Positions 25,933 to 38,412 of a DNA stretch of 64,000 nt are shown piece after piece (position 1 is the first letter of the stretch; each line of letters opens with the position of its first letter). Under the pieces are notes generated by a model, which did not search any database, was not told where the DNA came from, and saw only the letters and a program-made list of their open reading frames with translations. The position numbers were made by a program, and so were the translations under genes. This DNA is from Octopus bimaculoides (lineage: Eukaryota), in the NCBI RefSeq assembly GCF_001194135.2, contig NC_068992.1:16399960-16463959 (forward strand). The letters are read 5' to 3'.

Positions 25933-25983
25933 GTATCGAAGTGCCATTCGTATCGAAGTGCCATTCGTATCGAAGTGCCATTC
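25933..25983. repeat. Perfect 17-bp x3 tandem repeat GTATCGAAGTGCCATTC
   Basis: Three exact copies at 25933, 25950 and 25967. Confidence 0.97.
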
Positions 25984-26187
25984 CATGTCTTTCAATATGG
26001 AATTTTAAAACAAGTGCGCGAAAAAGGTCTTACTCCAATCTTTTGGGAGTTTATTATTTCAGCTTTCAAAGAACATAACTTTCGATATTTCGCAATCTTT
26101 TTTCCTTTACTTTTAACAAACTTTTTCGTCAACAGCTATCAAACATTCTATCACTGCGCATGCGAACACACTCATTAATTATTTATT

Positions 26188-26259
<72 letters not shown>

Positions 26260-26391
26260 CATGTATGTATGTTATGTATGTATGTATGTAATGTGTGTTT
26301 GTATGTATGTAGAAATGTATGTACGTACGATGCTTCTATGTATGTACACGTATATATAAACCTATATACGTGTGTCCGCGTGAATAGTTGT

Positions 26392-26431
<40 letters not shown>

Positions 26432-26752
26432 ACTCACAAAGGCAAATACGTTTCCATCAGAAATGCACTCATTACATCATTGTCGGAAACGCAAAAAGGA
26501 AATAAACACGGTAATTAATAGATAAATAGGGAAAATAAATATCACAAACTTATTCGTGCGTCAATTATTCACTTCGGCTCGCTGCGAAGCAAGGCTACAC
26601 ATTACACATTGGTTTGAAGAGTTTCAAACAGATCGATGTCAGTGCATGAAGACTGTGTAGATTTAAATTATTAAAATTTGACAAGAAAATTATAAAAACA
26701 CTTAAACATGCACACGTAACACATATTCACACTGACTCCGCAGATGCACGTA

Positions 26753-26787
<35 letters not shown>

Positions 26788-27374
26788 NNNNNNNNNNNNN
26801 NNNNNNNNNNNNNNNNNNNNNNNNNNNNNNNNNNNNNNNNNNNNNNNNNNNNNNNNNNNNNNNNNNNNNNNNNNNNNNNNNNNNNNNNNNNNNNNNNNNN
26901 NNNNNNNNNNNNNNNNNNNNNNNNNNNNNNNNNNNNNNNNNNNNNNNNNNNNNNNNNNNNNNNNNNNNNNNNNNNNNNNNNNNNNNNNNNNNNNNNNNNN
27001 NNNNNNNNNNNNNNNNNNNNNNNNNNNNNNNNNNNNNNNNNNNNNNNNNNNNNNNNNNNNNNNNNNNNNNNNNNNNNNNNNNNNNNNNNNNNNNNNNNNN
27101 NNNNNNNNNNNNNNNNNNNNNNNNNNNNNNNNNNNNNNNNNNNNNNNNNNNNNNNNNNNNNNNNNNNNNNNNNNNNNNNNNNNNNNNNNNNNNNNNNNNN
27201 NNNNNNNNNNNNNNNNNNNNNNNNNNNNNNNNNNNNNNNNNNNNNNNNNNNNNNNNNNNNNNNNNNNNNNNNNNNNNNNNNNNNNNNNNNNNNNNNNNNN
27301 NNNNNNNNNNNNNNNNNNNNNNNNNNNNNNNNNNNNNNNNNNNNNNNNNNNNNNNNNNNNNNNNNNNNNNNNNN

Positions 27375-27409
<35 letters not shown>

Positions 27410-28079
27410 ATACATAAATACACACATACATACATTCATATATGTATGTATGAGTGTATTTGTACACACATGAGTGTGAGTGAGAAAGTAGGTTTTTATA
27501 CCTATTTAGACTACTTTTCGGTTCAATTTGTACATGCAAAGGTATGCCAAAAAGTAAGGCAAAACCTGAAGTTGAACTAATTCTCTAGTTCTCTCTCTCT
27601 CTCTATCACACACACTCTCTCTCTTTCCCTCACTCTCTTTCTTTCATGTGTGTGTGTGTCTGTATGTGTGTGTCTTTGTATGTGTGTGCGCGCGTCTGAG
27701 CGTGTTTGTTTGCTATAGAATTTAGCTTCATTGCAATCCTATCATAATGTCGCTTATTTCGCATTTGTTTCTATCTTTTCTATTTTTTCTTTTCCTCATG
27801 CTGACATTACGGTGTTGTTGAGAGAACATTTACCTACTACTTCTAGCGGATACGTCATGACCTTGTTGAGTTTCCTTTCTTATTTTGTTATACACACTTC
27901 TGCCAGAAATACATTAAGTATTAATTATATATGCAATCTTTCTTTCCAAAGACGTGTCTTCTATTTTTTAAAGTAGACATGCTAGAAATAGTGCCCAAAT
28001 CTCCCTAAAATCCATGAACGAATATTCCAAAATTAAAGACATATTCGACAATTCATATTTCAGAAATGTTATTTATTCT

Positions 28080-28210
28080 TTTCTCTCTAGGCAGAAGACC
28101 CGAAATTTTGGGGGAGGTGGCCAGTCGATTAGATCAAACCCAGTACGCAACTGGTACTTAATTTATCGACCCCGAAAGGATAAATGGCAAAGTCGACCTC
28201 GGCCGAATAG
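28080..28210 (-). mobile_element. SINE A, 3' half
   Basis: GTCGATTAGATCAAACCCAGTACGCAACTGGTACTTAATTTATCGACCCCGAAAGGAT. Confidence 0.85.
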
Positions 28211-28827
28211 AAATACTATTTATTATTATAGTATTGGTCGTTTCTTTTTCGGACATATGATTCTGCTAGAACTAGTTGCTAAATTTTCGTAGGAACACCG
28301 TAAGGGTCTTTTATGTCATTCTTTTTTTTCAGACTCATTAGATAACGTAATCTTATAAATATTGTGCATGTAAAAAAGGGCTCTATGAGATTTCTTCTGT
28401 AGGTCTTTCCGATCAAAACTAGCCTGAGTCAAACAACAACACGAAAAACAACAACGGCAACAACAACAACAGCAACAGCAGCAGGAAAAAGAACATCCAT
28501 CGAGTATTTTGTTACCACGGGGCTTTTCCTGAATGCATTTTGCTTCAGCTTAGCTACCTCAGGCAATTGCAGTTGATAAAAGGCAGAGAAAAGTATATGA
28601 AATGCAACAATAAAAATATACGGGCCTCGCACAATCTGCTAGTGATAGCAACACCTACATCAAATTACATTTAAAACTAAGAGGACACCATTGAAAATGC
28701 AGGGTGCGATACAGAAGGGACTGAGTTGGTTACTGCTGAAGCAGCTTTGAATATAGTTTTGTATGGTCTGGGCTCAAATGAGTTTAAACATCAATAATTA
28801 CCTCATGGACTTATTATTCTTTTGTAC

Positions 28828-29248
28828 TCTAGGCAAAAAGCCCGATATTGTTGGGGAGGGAGCCAGCTGATTAGATCGACCCAGGATGCAACTGGTACTT
28901 AATTTATCGATCCCGATAGGATGAAAGGCAAATCCAGCCTCGGCGGAATTTGAACTTTGAACGTAAAGACAAACGAAATACCGCTAAGCATTTCGTCCAG
29001 CGTGCTAACGTTTCTTATTTCTTTACTGCCCACCAGGGGCTACACACAGAGGGGACAAACAAGGACAGACAAACGCCTTAAGTCGATTATATCGACCCCA
29101 GTGCGTAACTGGTACTTATTTAATCGACCCCGAAATGATCAAAGTCAAAGTCGACCTCGGCGGAATTTCAACTCAGAACATATCGGCAGACGAAATACTG
29201 CTAAACATTTCGCCTAGTGTGCTAACGTTTCTGCCATCTCGCTGCCTT
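28828..29248 (-). mobile_element. Dimeric SINE: A2-tail variant (29010-29248) fused head-to-tail to a SINE A unit (28828-29010)
   Basis: Two consecutive A-type bodies. The right-hand unit has the alternative tail GTTTGTCTGTCCTTGTTTGTCCCCTCTGTGTGTAGCCCC, joined to GAAACGTTAGCACGC. Confidence 0.82.
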
Positions 29249-29280
29249 GCATGGACTTATCATAACTTATAATTAATTGT

Positions 29281-29499
29281 AAGGCGGCGAACTTGCGGAG
29301 TCGTTAACTCGCCGAGCGAAATACTTAACGGTATTTCACCCGTCGCTATGTTCTGGGTTCGCATTCTGCCGAGGTCGACTTTGTCTTTCATCCTTTTCGG
29401 GTCGATAAATTAGGTACCAGTTGAGTACTGAGCTCGATGTCATCGACTATCCGTCTCACCATAATTTCAGGCCTTGTGCCTATAGTATAAAGGAATATT
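29281..29499 (+). mobile_element. SINE family A, full length
   Basis: AAGGCGGCGAACTTGCGGAGTCGTTA...GGCCTTGTGCCTATAGTATAAAGGAAT. A flanking ACTTATAATT occurs on both sides. Confidence 0.88.
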
Positions 29500-30027
29500 A
29501 CTTATAATTGTATGTATATGAATTAGTCTTTTGGGTTTATGACTGGAGGAAATCTCACTTTGTGAACATCATTCTTTCATAAGAAATTCCGGATTTAGAA
29601 AGCGGCTTACTTAAGTGTGTTTGCATTAACCAATTAGCAAAGTTCACGTATTTTTAGAATCATAGACGTCTAGGTTTCTGTGAGACAGGGAACAAAGCTA
29701 TTATATTCAAGTAAGAGAGTCAAATGTGCAACATAGTGAATCTGTGTTGCTACTTTTGTTTAGCCTCAAGTTAATGCAAAGCTAGTGTATTTATAATCAA
29801 ACGCATACCAGCTGCAATCATCTCATCTACTTGGGGCTAAATTCTTTTTTTTTGTCTCTGTAAATGGTTTCTCTTACAGTACTGGGGCCATATATCTAAT
29901 TGTTGAAGCGATAGTAGACTTAATGTGACAATATAAATAAACCATATCTAATTCTAGGCCAGCGTGAACACAAAAACGATAAATACATAAACACGTGTGT
30001 ATGCAAGCCGCGCACGCACACATACAC

Positions 30028-30063
<36 letters not shown>

Positions 30064-30394
30064 TCTTACAGAACACATACACGCACTGTCTCTCGCACAC
30101 ACACTTATACACAGATACACATACATATATATTGAAAAATGAAGTGAAAGATAAACTGACATGTGTTTCTAATATGCTTATTCATTCATTTTGTTTCACT
30201 TAGAGAAAATAATTATGTGTGTGCGAGCATTTGTATGTCTGTATGTTTATGTGTGTGTGAGAGAGAAGAGAGAATGAGTATGTGTGCGTGTGTGGGTATG
30301 TGTGCATGCGTGTGCGTGTGTGTGTATGTACAAAAATATCAATTTACTTTATCCTTTTCGTCCAACACGCCAAGATTTGAAGATCTCTCGTTCC

Positions 30395-30657
30395 AAAAGT
30401 GTTCGCTGGCGTGCTAACGTTTCTTATTTCTTTACTGCCCAGAAGGGGCTACACACAGAGGGGACAAACAAGGACAGACACACGGATTAAGTCGATTATA
30501 TCGATCCCAGTGCGTAACTGGTACATATTTAATCGACCCCGAAAGGATGAAAGGGAAAGTCGACCTCGGCGGAATTTGAACTCAGAACATAACGGCAGAC
30601 GAAATACTGCTGAGCATTTTGCCCGACGTGCTAACGCTTCTGCCAGGTCGCCGCCTT
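30395..30657 (-). mobile_element. SINE A2 variant with the same tail-to-head junction as 29000-29031
   Basis: The 32-nt string GCGTGCTAACGTTTCTTATTTCTTTACTGCCC is identical at 29000-29031 and 30409-30440. Confidence 0.85.
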
Positions 30658-31519
30658 ATAAAGCTCCGTAAGTGAACCTTACGCCATCGATCAACATTGT
30701 TATAAATGTCTGCACCGTCTCATCTGATATGGTACAGTTTTCTGGGCAGTTGTGTAGTCATTAGTTCTGCCTGTTTTTTCTAATCGCTTCATCTTTTCTT
30801 TTGAATAACACCCAGAAAGATCTAGTTTCCTTTCCGATCAACACAGATTACGGAATTCCACGCATTGGTTACCGCTCGGACTTCTTTTTCGAGAGAATAA
30901 GGAAATCGTTATCGATGTTGGATTGTTTTCATTTTTCACGACGTATCATGAGAGACTGAAGTATTCATACGACTTTGCTCGGCAAACGCTTTCTCTGCTA
31001 AATATTTTGAATAAAGATAACTGCAACGAAGGAAGACATTTTCCCCGTTTTTCAATTTCCCCGTTTGAGTAACGCGTGTGTTGCGGGTGCGCGTGTATGT
31101 GTGTATGATTGGGTGTGTGCGGTATTGTTGTCTTTTCTTCGTATTACATTGGTTTATGTAGTGCAAATTTGCGTTTTCAGACACTAAATTGCGTCTAGCT
31201 ATTTGAGTGCATGTTTTTTTTGTTATTTTTTTTTGCTTTATTGTTATTTTACCCTGTTATCTTCTTTTGTTTCTGTTTGTCTATTTTTGTTTAAAGTTAC
31301 GTTCGTGTATATGAAGATTAAATGATTGTTTTGTTTCAAAGGGGCGTATTAAGTGACACTCCCTCTCCTGCTTTTTTTCTCTCTCTCTCTCTTACTGCTT
31401 GTCTATTAGTGGAAGCCATATTGCAAATTACAGTAAACACAATAAAGTTGGAAAAAACTCAAGTTGTGTGTAAAGCAGATCTTATGTCTGCCACTTAACA
31501 AACTAAAGTAGATAAATTC

Positions 31520-32350
31520 ACAGAACAAAAGAGTCAGAATTAGAAGTGGAAGAGTCATAAGAAAAAATGCATTAGAAAATACAAGGAGCACGAAATAACT
31601 ACCAAATGTAAAATATAAATGAAAATCAGAATGAGAATGTAAACTACGAAGCCAGAAGTGCTAACATGAGTACAGTAAAAAAACAAAACATTATATATCT
31701 AAACTCTAGAAGCAATATATTTTGAGAACAGATATATAATCTTAGCAACATAAAGAATATATAAAAAAGGAAAGCAAAAACTGTATATGAGCATAATTTA
31801 ACAACAGGAAATTTTAGGACTGGAAATTATGTCCTTGATAATATGGAGAAGATAATTTAAGAATTATTAATAATGAACTTATTTTGGGGGACCATAATGA
31901 GTGATATACAGGAATAGAATAACAACATCAAACATGGAAACCTGAAAACCACCATTGTAGATTAGGTTAAAACAAACACAAATATCAATATGGTTAGGAA
32001 AAATTAAATAATATAAGCGGCAGTCATTGTGGATAAGTAGCGAAGTAAATATATCATCAAATTTACTCAAATATACTATCAAGTTCCAAGCAAATGTCTG
32101 TGGATCAATAACTGAAAGGTCTTCTTATGAAAAGAACATGACAGCATAGGAAAGATATGTAACAAAGAAATAACTAAAATTATAGAAGGATTCCAAAAAG
32201 GGACTCATATAAAATATAGCATTCTGAGCTTTTGCTGTTAGCTAATGCTTATTTAAGATCTACATTGAGTTATGATTTCCATCTATCAAAAAACATTCGG
32301 GTTCGAGTTTAAACACAGCTAAAATAAGCCTTCTATTCAAACAATCAGAC
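31520..32350 (+). mobile_element. Decayed Penelope-like element: RT C-terminus and GIY-YIG endonuclease region
   Basis: Frame-shifted pieces KKKCIRKYKEHEITTKC, KKQNIIYLNSRSN, GSITERS..., CNKEITKII and ANAYLRSTLSYDFHLS resemble the PLE K.I...FKE..L.IT.KC, Y.N..SNHP, G.TE..FK.R..H and AY...CDLCL.EK regions. Confidence 0.55.
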
Positions 32351-32362
32351 AATAATAATAAT

Positions 32363-32562
32363 ATGATTCAGTGCAACCATGAGATAGAGAATAGGAAGCC
32401 ACACAGTCTTAATTGAGAAAGAAAACAAACTATGCTGGATCATAGATATAGCATGCCCAGCTGACAACACGGTATGCAATAAGGAAGAAAGAAAAGTCGA
32501 GAGGTATGACAGGTTAGCTTGGGAAGTTAAGTAATTGTGGTCGATGAAAAAGATAGCAGTAG

Positions 32563-32563
<1 letters not shown>
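32363..32563 (+). mobile_element. R4/Dong-like REL catalytic fragment flanked by TAA repeats on both sides
   Basis: IQCNHEIENRKP/HTVLIEKENKLCWIIDIACPADNTVCNKEERKVERYDRLAWEVK*LWSMKK, which has the RKP(D)...D(I/V)A.P.D...K..KY pattern of REL domains. Confidence 0.8.
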
Positions 32564-32629
<66 letters not shown>

Positions 32630-32631
<2 letters not shown>

Positions 32632-34020
32632 GCTATCTTTATCAAAGGAAAAATGACAAATACATCTAATGTGAACCTTGACCAGCAAAATGTCATAAAA
32701 GAGTTAGAACCAGCGGAGAGCTACAAATACCNNNNNNNNNNNNNNNNNNNNNNNNNNNNNNNNNNNNNNNNNNNNNNNNNNNNNNNNNNNNNNNNNNNNN
32801 NNNNNNNNNNNNNNNNNNNNNNNNNNNNNNNNNNNNNNNNNNNNNNNNNNNNNNNNNNNNNNNNNNNNNNNNNNNNNNNNNNNNNNNNNNNNNNNNNNNN
32901 NNNNNNNNNNNNNNNNNNNNNNNNNNNNNNNNNNNNNNNNNNNNNNNNNNNNNNNNNNNNNNNNNNNNNNNNNNNNNNNNNNNNNNNNNNNNNNNNNNNN
33001 NNNNNNNNNNNNNNNNNNNNNNNNNNNNNNNNNNNNNNNNNNNNNNNNNNNNNNNNNNNNNNNNNNNNNNNNNNNNNNNNNNNNNNNNNNNNNNNNNNNN
33101 NNNNNNNNNNNNNNNNNNNNNNNNNNNNNNNNNNNNNNNNNNNNNNNNNNNNNNNNNNNNNNNNNNNNNNNNNNNNNNNNNNNNNNNNNNNNNNNNNNNN
33201 NNNNNNNTTATACCCGAGATTACTCCAATATGGCCAGCCCCAAGGAAAAAATAAGCTAAGAGAATTAGATTCCTTGGAAACAAGCAGCGAATTTATACGA
33301 AAACAAGGACAGAAAAAACAAAGAAATGTTACACAAATACAAATGCAATTAACAGGACATAACAACAGATGTCTTTCGGCTAAGGCGAATTAAATTAAGC
33401 TGGCGTATGTGGAAGTAAAGCCTTACGGCAGGGACATGGAGGAATACAGGCACAGGGAGGAATATAGATGTTGCACGGATGATAGTCGGACCAAGAAAGA
33501 AAGGTCAGGCCTGGCCCAACTGCGGTCACGTGGGGAGAGTAGAGAGAATACCTAAGCTTATCTATTACCCACATAAATTCTACCAGGAATAATAATGAAC
33601 CTGATTCAAATCAATAGATCATCAAGAAAAACGTGCCTTCTAATCGATGTATTAAACCGTACACATGACCGTATCTCTAAAAGGAATGAAGAAACTCTCA
33701 AATTATAGAATTCTAGAAATAGAGATAACTCGACTGTGGTGCCTAAAAACAGAAACAATACCTATAATGATAGGTGCATTAAGTGTGATTAAAAAGCATC
33801 CAGGCAAATACATAAGCAAAACACCATATGAATGTACGTAACATAGAGAAAATAGCACTACTAGGAACTGCGCATATGCTACGTAAAGCAATTTCAATAG
33901 AATGAAAATAAGAATACCACAGCAAACCACAGCACATGCCCAAGTTACCCAGACCTGCTTTCGGTAGTGCAGTGCAAGGACGTGATAAAAATAAAACTAC
34001 TAGATGATAATAATAATAAT
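32630..34020 (+). mobile_element. R4/Dong-like element: end of RT, gap, REL C-terminus, 3' UTR and TAA tail
   Basis: AIFIKGKMTNTSNVNLDQQNVIKELEPAESYKY (RT end, ESYKYLG-type), then KKTCLLIDV, KLSNYRILEIEITRLWCLKTETIPIMIGALS and IALLGTAHMLRKAISIE*. It starts after (TAA)n and ends GATAATAATAATAAT. Confidence 0.82.
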
Positions 34021-34333
34021 AATGCTTCTTTATAATTTTAGTACAAACACGGTTTTGAGGTGAGTGAGACGAGTTGATCACATCGACATCTAGTTCTTGG
34101 ATTTATTTTCTTTTATCGAACTCGAAAGAATATCTGCAGAGTCGGAACCCACAACGCAAAAATTAGGGGGATATAGTCCCTAGAATGTTTTGGCCGCCTT
34201 AACAATTCAACTAACCCACAACTAGTGGCTAGGAAGCAATGATATTCATTTGTACCGTTCAGATATGTAGGCAGGGGAAATAATCCAGGAACTATATTCA
34301 GGCGATAAATAGTTTTTTTTTCTCAATCTCTAG

Positions 34334-34389
34334 AGAAAGAAGATACAATGTTATCATCGATGGAAACTGAAGTTACAGAATCGAGAAAG
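34334..34389 (+). CDS. Candidate small internal exon (KEDTMLSSMETEVTESRK)
   Basis: Acceptor TTTTTTTTTCTCAATCTCTAG and donor AAG|GTAATT, with an open frame. Splice signals only; no homology recognised. Confidence 0.3.
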
Positions 34390-35173
34390 GTAATTAAATA
34401 CAATATTTATGTTATCAAGTGTCGTGCTTCGGTTATCTTTGTATTTTGTTATAGTTACTGGTAGAACCGTTGCAGCTTATCTCCTTTTGAAGTTCGTTAA
34501 CTTGTTTTGGAACTATTTATTGATGTGTGAATATCTTGCGATGATGATGTAGTCCACCGACAAAAAATGCGGGATACCATTCTCCACAGTCGTACGAGCT
34601 GTGTCAATGAACGAAGGTTGTTGTCTACGTAAAACTTGTTCCTCGGTGAATTATTTGTGCCTGAAGATCTTAAAATAACGAAGAGCAGTTTAGTTGTGAT
34701 GTTATTGCAGCGCCATCGGTATTTTCTTTATTGTTTATGCATGCAAGAATTTCTTGTGTGTAGTGAAAACTTTCCAAGAGCGGTAAGGAGGTGGCGGTTG
34801 TTGCTGTGCGAAAAGGTGGAACCTGATATAAAAGTTGATGAGATTGATGACGGTATTAATATTCAACAAGTTACTCTGGTTAAATTTGCTGCTATTTATT
34901 TTGTGTTGCCCATTGTAGCAAGTTACGATGTTATATTCACTTCCGAGAGTCGTTTGTCGCGTTTCTATATAAATGCAGGATTGTGATTGCATAATGAGAC
35001 CAACCTCTTCGGTGGCGATTTTCATATCTGTCGTTATGCTTTGGCAGTAAAGTGATTAGTCAATAAACGAGATAAGAATATTGCATGAAGTTACATGTTA
35101 TCTTAGTTCTATATAAGTATTGTAAGATTTTTACTAATATATTGTGATGTTTTTCATTTCGATTTTGTTTTAG

Positions 35174-35197
35174 GTTTACATGGATATAATACTACAG
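35174..35197 (+). CDS. Candidate 24-nt symmetric micro-exon (phase 1-1, (G)LHGYNTT)
   Basis: Branch-point-like TACTAAT at ~35132, acceptor TTTTCATTTCGATTTTGTTTTAG and donor CAG|GTGAAT. Length is divisible by 3. Confidence 0.45.
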
Positions 35198-35792
35198 GTG
35201 AATTGCTGATATATCTGAAACATAACGTGTGCAGTATTGCAGGTTTTAGATGTATAATAATAATGTTTTAAAAGAGGAGAGAGTGTTCATCTAGAATATT
35301 TCCCTTAATACTTCCGTGTTAGTTTATTTTACCGACAACAAAATCATGAAATCAATGTTGATCTCGGTGAGAATTTGAGCTCTGAATGTACAGAATCTGC
35401 ACAAATAACGGAAAGTATATTTTCGGATATTCAAACGATTGACCCAGCTGGCTGCTTAGAAGATTAATAATGATGATGATCATTGTCTTTACCGTTATCT
35501 TTGTCGCTATTGTTGTTATGGCTGCACTTACAGTCATTGTTACTGCTATTTTCCTGAAATGTCATGCATTTGTGGCTTACTTTGTAATGCTTCTTCTTTT
35601 ATAGTATAAATGTAAGAATTTTCAGAGGGATCGATTGTATGTCCATTGGCGCCCACATGTTAATTTGAAATATATATCAATGTATGTTGAACATACATTT
35701 TCCAATCAACATTCAATCAGAAATCCATCTCTCCTCTTTAAAAGCATATTATATTCAGAAGTAGTTTAGTCGGTAGATTTATTCATTTTAAG

Positions 35793-35871
35793 ACAAAAGC
35801 GGAAATTTTGAATGTGATTTACCCGATAATAGTAGCAGCCCCTATGTCTGGACAGAGCTTTCTTCATTAAC
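35793..35871 (+). CDS. Candidate exon (phase 1-2, KSGNFECDLPDNSSSPYVWTELSSL)
   Basis: Acceptor ATTCATTTTAAG and donor AC|GTAAGT. Only one of the three frames is open, and its start phase matches the end of 35174-35197. Confidence 0.3.
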
Positions 35872-36299
35872 GTAAGTATTTAGTTGGTCGTCGTAGAGAG
35901 GAACCTGAAACAGCATATAACGATATTATCAGAAAATTATTTTGTCAACGAATTCAGAGCAGCCTGCAAAATGCTTTTAATGCAAATGCGAAGATTATGC
36001 TTCCATTATAAAAAAAAAAGTTTATAGTTTTTCAGGGCCCCGTTTAAACAATAGGAAACATTATAAGATCTATAGAATTGGTATCCAAACCAGGAAATTA
36101 AGATTTCAAATCAGACATTTATGGGCTTTAATTTGTAAATAACGCCTTGGAATCTGATTCTAACTGATAAAACAGACGATTCCTTTGCATTTCTATTACA
36201 GTTCTCATCTCAATTCCATAAAGTGGCTGAAGCGTCAATATGAAACATTACAGAGAGATATTTTAATACCATATAATTCGAAAAGAATAGAGATGTGAC

Positions 36300-36640
36300 A
36301 CAAAGCAGCAAAATAGAAATAAAAACAACCAAACTAAGTAATTCCAATCAAATATGCCTCTGCATGGAAAGTGTCTCCAGAAAAATGGAAGAATGTACAC
36401 TTATGTTGACATCATACTCGTATACATGGAATATTCAAGTCTCACAATACAACCGGGAGATAATTACAGCACAAGGCTAGAGCTTTATAGCAAAACATTA
36501 TGAGAATGCAATCTTCGGAATGTCAAAATATATTGCAAGCTTCGTATTGTAGATTTTGACATGGATATTGATTATGTAACTGCGATGTCTCCAATGCAGT
36601 GATTGAACAAATAGGGAAGGATAACAGTCTTGATGGTTGC
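36300..36640 (+). mobile_element. Decayed R4/Dong-like fragment from the region just upstream of the CCHC finger
   Basis: (Q)MPLHGKC and IITAQG*SFIAKHYENAIFG resemble the PLHG...IIAAQDQ.L..R.Y segment of R4-clade ORFs. Confidence 0.5.
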
Positions 36641-37938
36641 ATTTACTAGATTATTTGTAGTTAGTATCATGTACCCATCTGAAATAACTTATGACGATAC
36701 ATTTTCGAAAACTATTTTCACAATTGGTAAAACAACAATACTCTCCAAAGTAATAGAATATAGCAAATAGCCAAGCAGATGTAAGATGCTCACAATGCAT
36801 AACATACAAATCGTCTGGTAGTATTAACATTATATTTGTACGATATAATACAATATAGTGATTTAGTAATAGTCTTTCAAAAATCAGGTATGAAAACCAA
36901 ACGATCTTTGTAACAGCGTGCGATTGTACTGACCTTAAGGCATCTTCTCCAAGTGTCACTGCTTTCACTTCCTCCAATATTTGTCCTTTACATAGTAATT
37001 GTAACTGGATATTAAAACGAGTGAATGCATATATTTCTAAACGTATGTTGCTATATATGTTGTATATGATGTGTCTGAGCATTCGCATACGTTCAATCAA
37101 TCAATTTGATGCACAAGAATCAGAAAAAGAATGAAAACTATTTGGACATGTTTGCAAGACAAAATATGCAAGCGAGAGGTCTTCCTAATATTAGAAACAT
37201 AATGATTAATTATGAGTAAATCATCAATTTACAATACGAATAGAATATGCAAATAAGCTTACATTGTGGCCGTCATATATCCTCCCCACCAACAATTCCC
37301 AACTTTATGTCTGAAAATGTGTTTTAGGCAGGGCAGATTCATTTGGACACATAATTCTGCCATGTTATTATATGGTAGATCATAATCATTTGTACGTCCT
37401 TGTTCCTCGGTAAAGGAACACAGAAGAATATTTTTTATTATTTCCTTCGATAAAATTTAACGGACGATATTTTTGTGCGAATGTGTTTAACTGTCTAAGT
37501 GTGTGCAAGTGTGTGACTTGTGTGTATGTGTGCGCGTATTTTCTGTCTGTGTTACTTTGTTTACACGCATATTTTTTCTCGTTGTTTGTCGTAAGAATGG
37601 AGGCGTTTAAATACATTAGTTGCCATGGATGAAATACTTGTTGGAGAAAGAAATAATTTGTTTGGGGATTTAAAGTTTATTTTTCTCCAAATGGGAAAAA
37701 ATACCAGAAATACAAAGCCACCTCTCTGAACACAGTTCACGCAAAAATTCCGTTCGGCTTAGCATGTAATCCGATGAAATTTTTGTAATCGCACGAGCGA
37801 TCCATAACACGTCTTGCTGAGAAAAGAAACACTCCACGTCTTCACCTCCTCTCCGCCTACTCCTCGTAGTGCTGCTCCTCCTCATCAACTACTAATACTA
37901 CTACAACTATTACTACGACGACGACGACGACCACCACC

Positions 37939-38019
<81 letters not shown>

Positions 38020-38412
38020 GTTACTTCTACAAATAATATTAGCAATAATATCTTATTGGTCACAAGGGCTGAAAAACACAAATTGCCATACAAAAACACA
38101 AAGTAGAGGGCAAAATAGGGAATTTACATAAATACGTGCAACCAACAGAATAAATGATAACAACAAGAGAATTACATCAAATTTATATATGGGATGGAAC
38201 CGCTACCCAGGGTCGTCAAGGAACGCCACGTATCACGAGTCACTCTTCTCAGCAAGAAAACGATGGCAATTGTTTCTTTCTTCTCCGTACAATCCAGCCT
38301 AAAGTTGCATGCTTAAAGTAGATTCATTCACTCGGAACTTTCTCACAATTATCGCCTATATTTTCACAAATCTTATGGAGGCAACAAATCCTTGTACACC
38401 TTCACGTTTCTA

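Noticed and set aside
26671-27580. ORFs of 200-330 aa spanning gaps (also 9402-10425, 17491-18260, 38637-39371, 44040-45221, 55343-55909)
   Set aside because: They are open only because N codons contain no stops; the flanks are (TA)n, (CA)n or (GA)n.
28400-28800. Gln/Asn-rich stretch followed by EDTIENAGCDTEGTELVTAEAALNIVLYGLG as a possible pseudogene
   Set aside because: There are multiple stops in every frame and no family was recognised.
36650-37330. Possible RTE-type LINE relic (KLFGHVCK); also mariner-like scraps at ~26530-26660 and ~37670-37850
   Set aside because: Each rests on a single short motif, which is too degenerate to support a feature call.
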